From positions 2,046,001 through 2,110,000 of the forward strand of contig CATNEN010000007.1 of NCBI GenBank assembly GCA_950097015.1: 64,000 nt of DNA, read 5' to 3'. The position numbers and the translations under genes are program-made. Under the pieces are notes generated by a model. That model was not told where the DNA came from. It did no database searches and saw nothing but the letters and a program-made list of their open reading frames with translations. Source of the stretch: Macrostomum hystrix (Eukaryota > Animalia > Platyhelminthes). Positions 61,611-64,000 of this stretch are shown piece by piece. Each line of letters begins with the position of its first letter. Positions within the stretch are counted from its first letter, which is position 1.

Positions 61611-62651
61611 GACTCCTGAGACTCAATGTACTTTTAATAATTCACTGATACTAAAGATTGAAACTAAGATCTACATACAGCATTGGACTTAGCTTTTTGT
61701 CTTTATTCTTCCAAATCCAGATTGTCTGAATGGTACACAAATATCTTCCGCTACTTCAATTTGATGCTTCATTTACTTTTTTATTTTTTTCGGCTATAAA
61801 AAAATATTCAATAAACTTTTATGTATGTCCATTGTAAAAAAACTTTAAGCAAGAAAACAAGAAGTTTTGTTTATTTATGTGCTCAAATCATAACTTATAT
61901 TTCTGTGAGTATTTATATCTAAACAAGTAGCAAATATTTTACTAATAGTAGACAAAGCGCATATGTAAACCTTATTTATATTTATCGTATGGAGTACTGA
62001 CAATGCTTCTTGATTGCAGGCGATCTTGATTTTTTCTAAGATTTTTATTACAATCACTTCAAGCCTTCCAGTACTACACTACTATACTCTACTCTACTCT
62101 ACTCTACTCAATTCTATTTCAGAAGAATATGTCAACCAGCTCGAGTTATTAAATATTATCGTTGATATTTTCTTACATTCTGCTTACGGTTTTTGAGCAT
62201 TAAACAATTACAACACTATTCACTCTACTGAAGCGAGTAGTATTTTAAAGACGAAAGCAACTATCTCAGTTTTGTTAAAAATGATTATTTTGAAAGTTTT
62301 GCAATTTTAATTTCTTTATTTACACAAGGAATGCACGATCCTACCTAGAGCAAACATCGCCAGGTGTCGTGTTTGGCAAGGTCCCCGCATCATGCTCCGT
62401 GACTATTAAGGCTTCATTGGCAAGCGCATTGGTCAATTAAGAACCACTTCTCACGTCAAATCAAGTAAAGTTGAATAAAAAATGGATGTCCACTGAGACT
62501 TCAACTGGAGTAATATTGTTGAGAATTATTCAACGCATCCTTCTCAAAGCAGGCTGCAGGTGCATGAGTTGCTTCTGTAATGCAATTGGGAAGAGAGTTT
62601 CAAAATTGTTCCTCCAAACGCTGACAATGAAATTCCAAGGAGCCTTCTCAC

Positions 62652-62922
62652 CTGTTGCTGCCGCTAGGAGCAGCAATGCCCCGCTGGTACTCCTGCTCAG
62701 CCAGCCAGAGCGGCTCAAAGTAGTTCCTGCTCGCCCAACCTGGCGTGAACGCCATCACCTCCAGTAACTGCTCCTTGGCCACCTGCCGCTGAAGCGCCGT
62801 CAGTGCGGCACCGTTGGTTCGAATCCCAAGCGCCGTGATAGTCTCCTCCACCGAGCTGAACCTCAGGAAGGCGTTGCCCTGCTCACCGTTGGGCAGGGTG
62901 CCCACCTCGACGAACCAGGGTC
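62652..62922 (-). CDS. Probable exon of an unidentified gene extending beyond the right edge
   Basis: GC-rich open frame PWFVEVGTLPNGEQGNAFLRFSSVEETITALG...YFEPLWLAEQEYQRG, flanked by CTCAG and GTGAG; no family recognised. Confidence 0.45.
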
Positions 62923-63042
62923 TGAGGCGGTGAGGGCAGCGCGTTCATCAACTCAGAATATTGTGGTCCCCACAGTCTCATCGTCATCACTCAATACTCG
63001 TTTCGCTTCCTCCTTCCTCTCTCCCCACCAACAATGGGGAGT

Positions 63043-64000
63043 TGTCTGTTGAGGAAAATGGGAGTTTAATGGGGAGCTGTCTCTTGAGGAAAATGGGAGT
63101 TTAATGGGGAGCTGTCTCTTGAGGAAAATGGGAGTTTAATGGGGAGTTGTCTGTTGAGGAAAATGGGAGTTTAATGGGGAGCTGTCTCTTGAGGAAAATG
63201 GGAGTTTAATGGGGAGTTGTCTCTTGAGGAAAATGGGAGTCTAATGAGGAGTTGTCTCTTGAGGAAAATGGGAGTTTAATGGGAAGTTGTCTCTTGAGGA
63301 AAATGGGAGTCTAATGAGGAGTTGTCTCTTGAGGAAAATGGGAGTCTAATGAGGAGTTGTCTCTTGTGGAAAATGGGAGTTTAATGGGGAGTTGTCTCTT
63401 GAGGAAAATGGGAGTTTAATGGGGAGTTGTCTCTTGAGGAAAATGGGAGTTTAATGGGGAGTTGTCTCTTGAGGAAAATGGGAGTCTAATGAGGAGTTGT
63501 CTCTTGAGGAAAATGGGAGTTTAATGGGGAGTTGTCTCTTGAGGAAAATGGGAGTTTAATGGGGAGTTGTCTCTTGAGGAAAATGGGAGTTTAATGGGGA
63601 GTTGTCTCTTGAGGAAAATGGGAGTCTAATGAGGAGTTGTCTCTTGAGGAAAATGGGAGTTTAATGGGGAGTTGTCTCTTGAGGAAAATGGGAGTCTAAT
63701 GAGGAGTTGTCTCTTGAGGAAAATGGGAGTTTAATGGGGAGTTGTCTCTTGAGGAAAATGGGAGTCTAATGAGGAGTTGTCTCTTGAGGAAAATGGGAGT
63801 TTAATGGGGAGTTGTCTCTTGAGGAAAATGGGAGTTTAATGGGGAGTTGTCTCTTGAGGAAAATGGGAGTTTAATGGGGAGTTGTCTCTTGAGGAAAATG
63901 GGAGTTTAATGGGGAGTTGTCTCTTGAGGAAAATGGGAGTCTAATGAGGAGCTGTCTCTTGAGGAAAATGGGAGTCTAATGAGGAGTTGTCTCTTGAGGA
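63043..64000. repeat. 35-bp minisatellite running off the right edge
   Basis: GGAAAATGGGAGTYTAATGRGGAGTTGTCTCTTGA. Confidence 0.96.

Overview
Eukaryotic, intron-rich animal DNA with GC-rich exons, AT-rich flanks and a different minisatellite in most large introns. This resembles macrostomid flatworm genomes (inference). Gene models were assembled by hand from GT-AG sites and codon phase. (1) The 5' part of a neurobeachin-like NBEAL1/2 gene lies on the minus strand (ATG 18268) and runs off the left edge. (2) Head-to-head with it is an unnamed type I membrane protein (ATG 18694), followed by seven phase-compatible plus-strand exons (22805-27408) that may belong to the same gene. (3) An apparently complete otoferlin-type ferlin lies on the minus strand (45796-29099). 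(4) Two intronless Ly6/uPAR genes share an unusual 8-Cys pattern. (5) There is a candidate 67-aa secreted peptide gene. (6) CFAP107/C1orf158 is present. (7) An 8-exon, 777-aa ORF joins a DZANK1-type N-terminal domain to a complete annexin core; this is the most striking protein-level finding. (8) An orphan exon sits near the right edge. Two tRNA-headed SINE families account for about 17 copies or fragments. Family B has a CORE-like block. Family A has a conserved 43-nt hairpin and a 14-nt match to the HDV ribozyme P3/L3 element. There is also one foldback element. Most very long ORFs in the supplied track are tandem-repeat artefacts. No database searches or folding programs were run.
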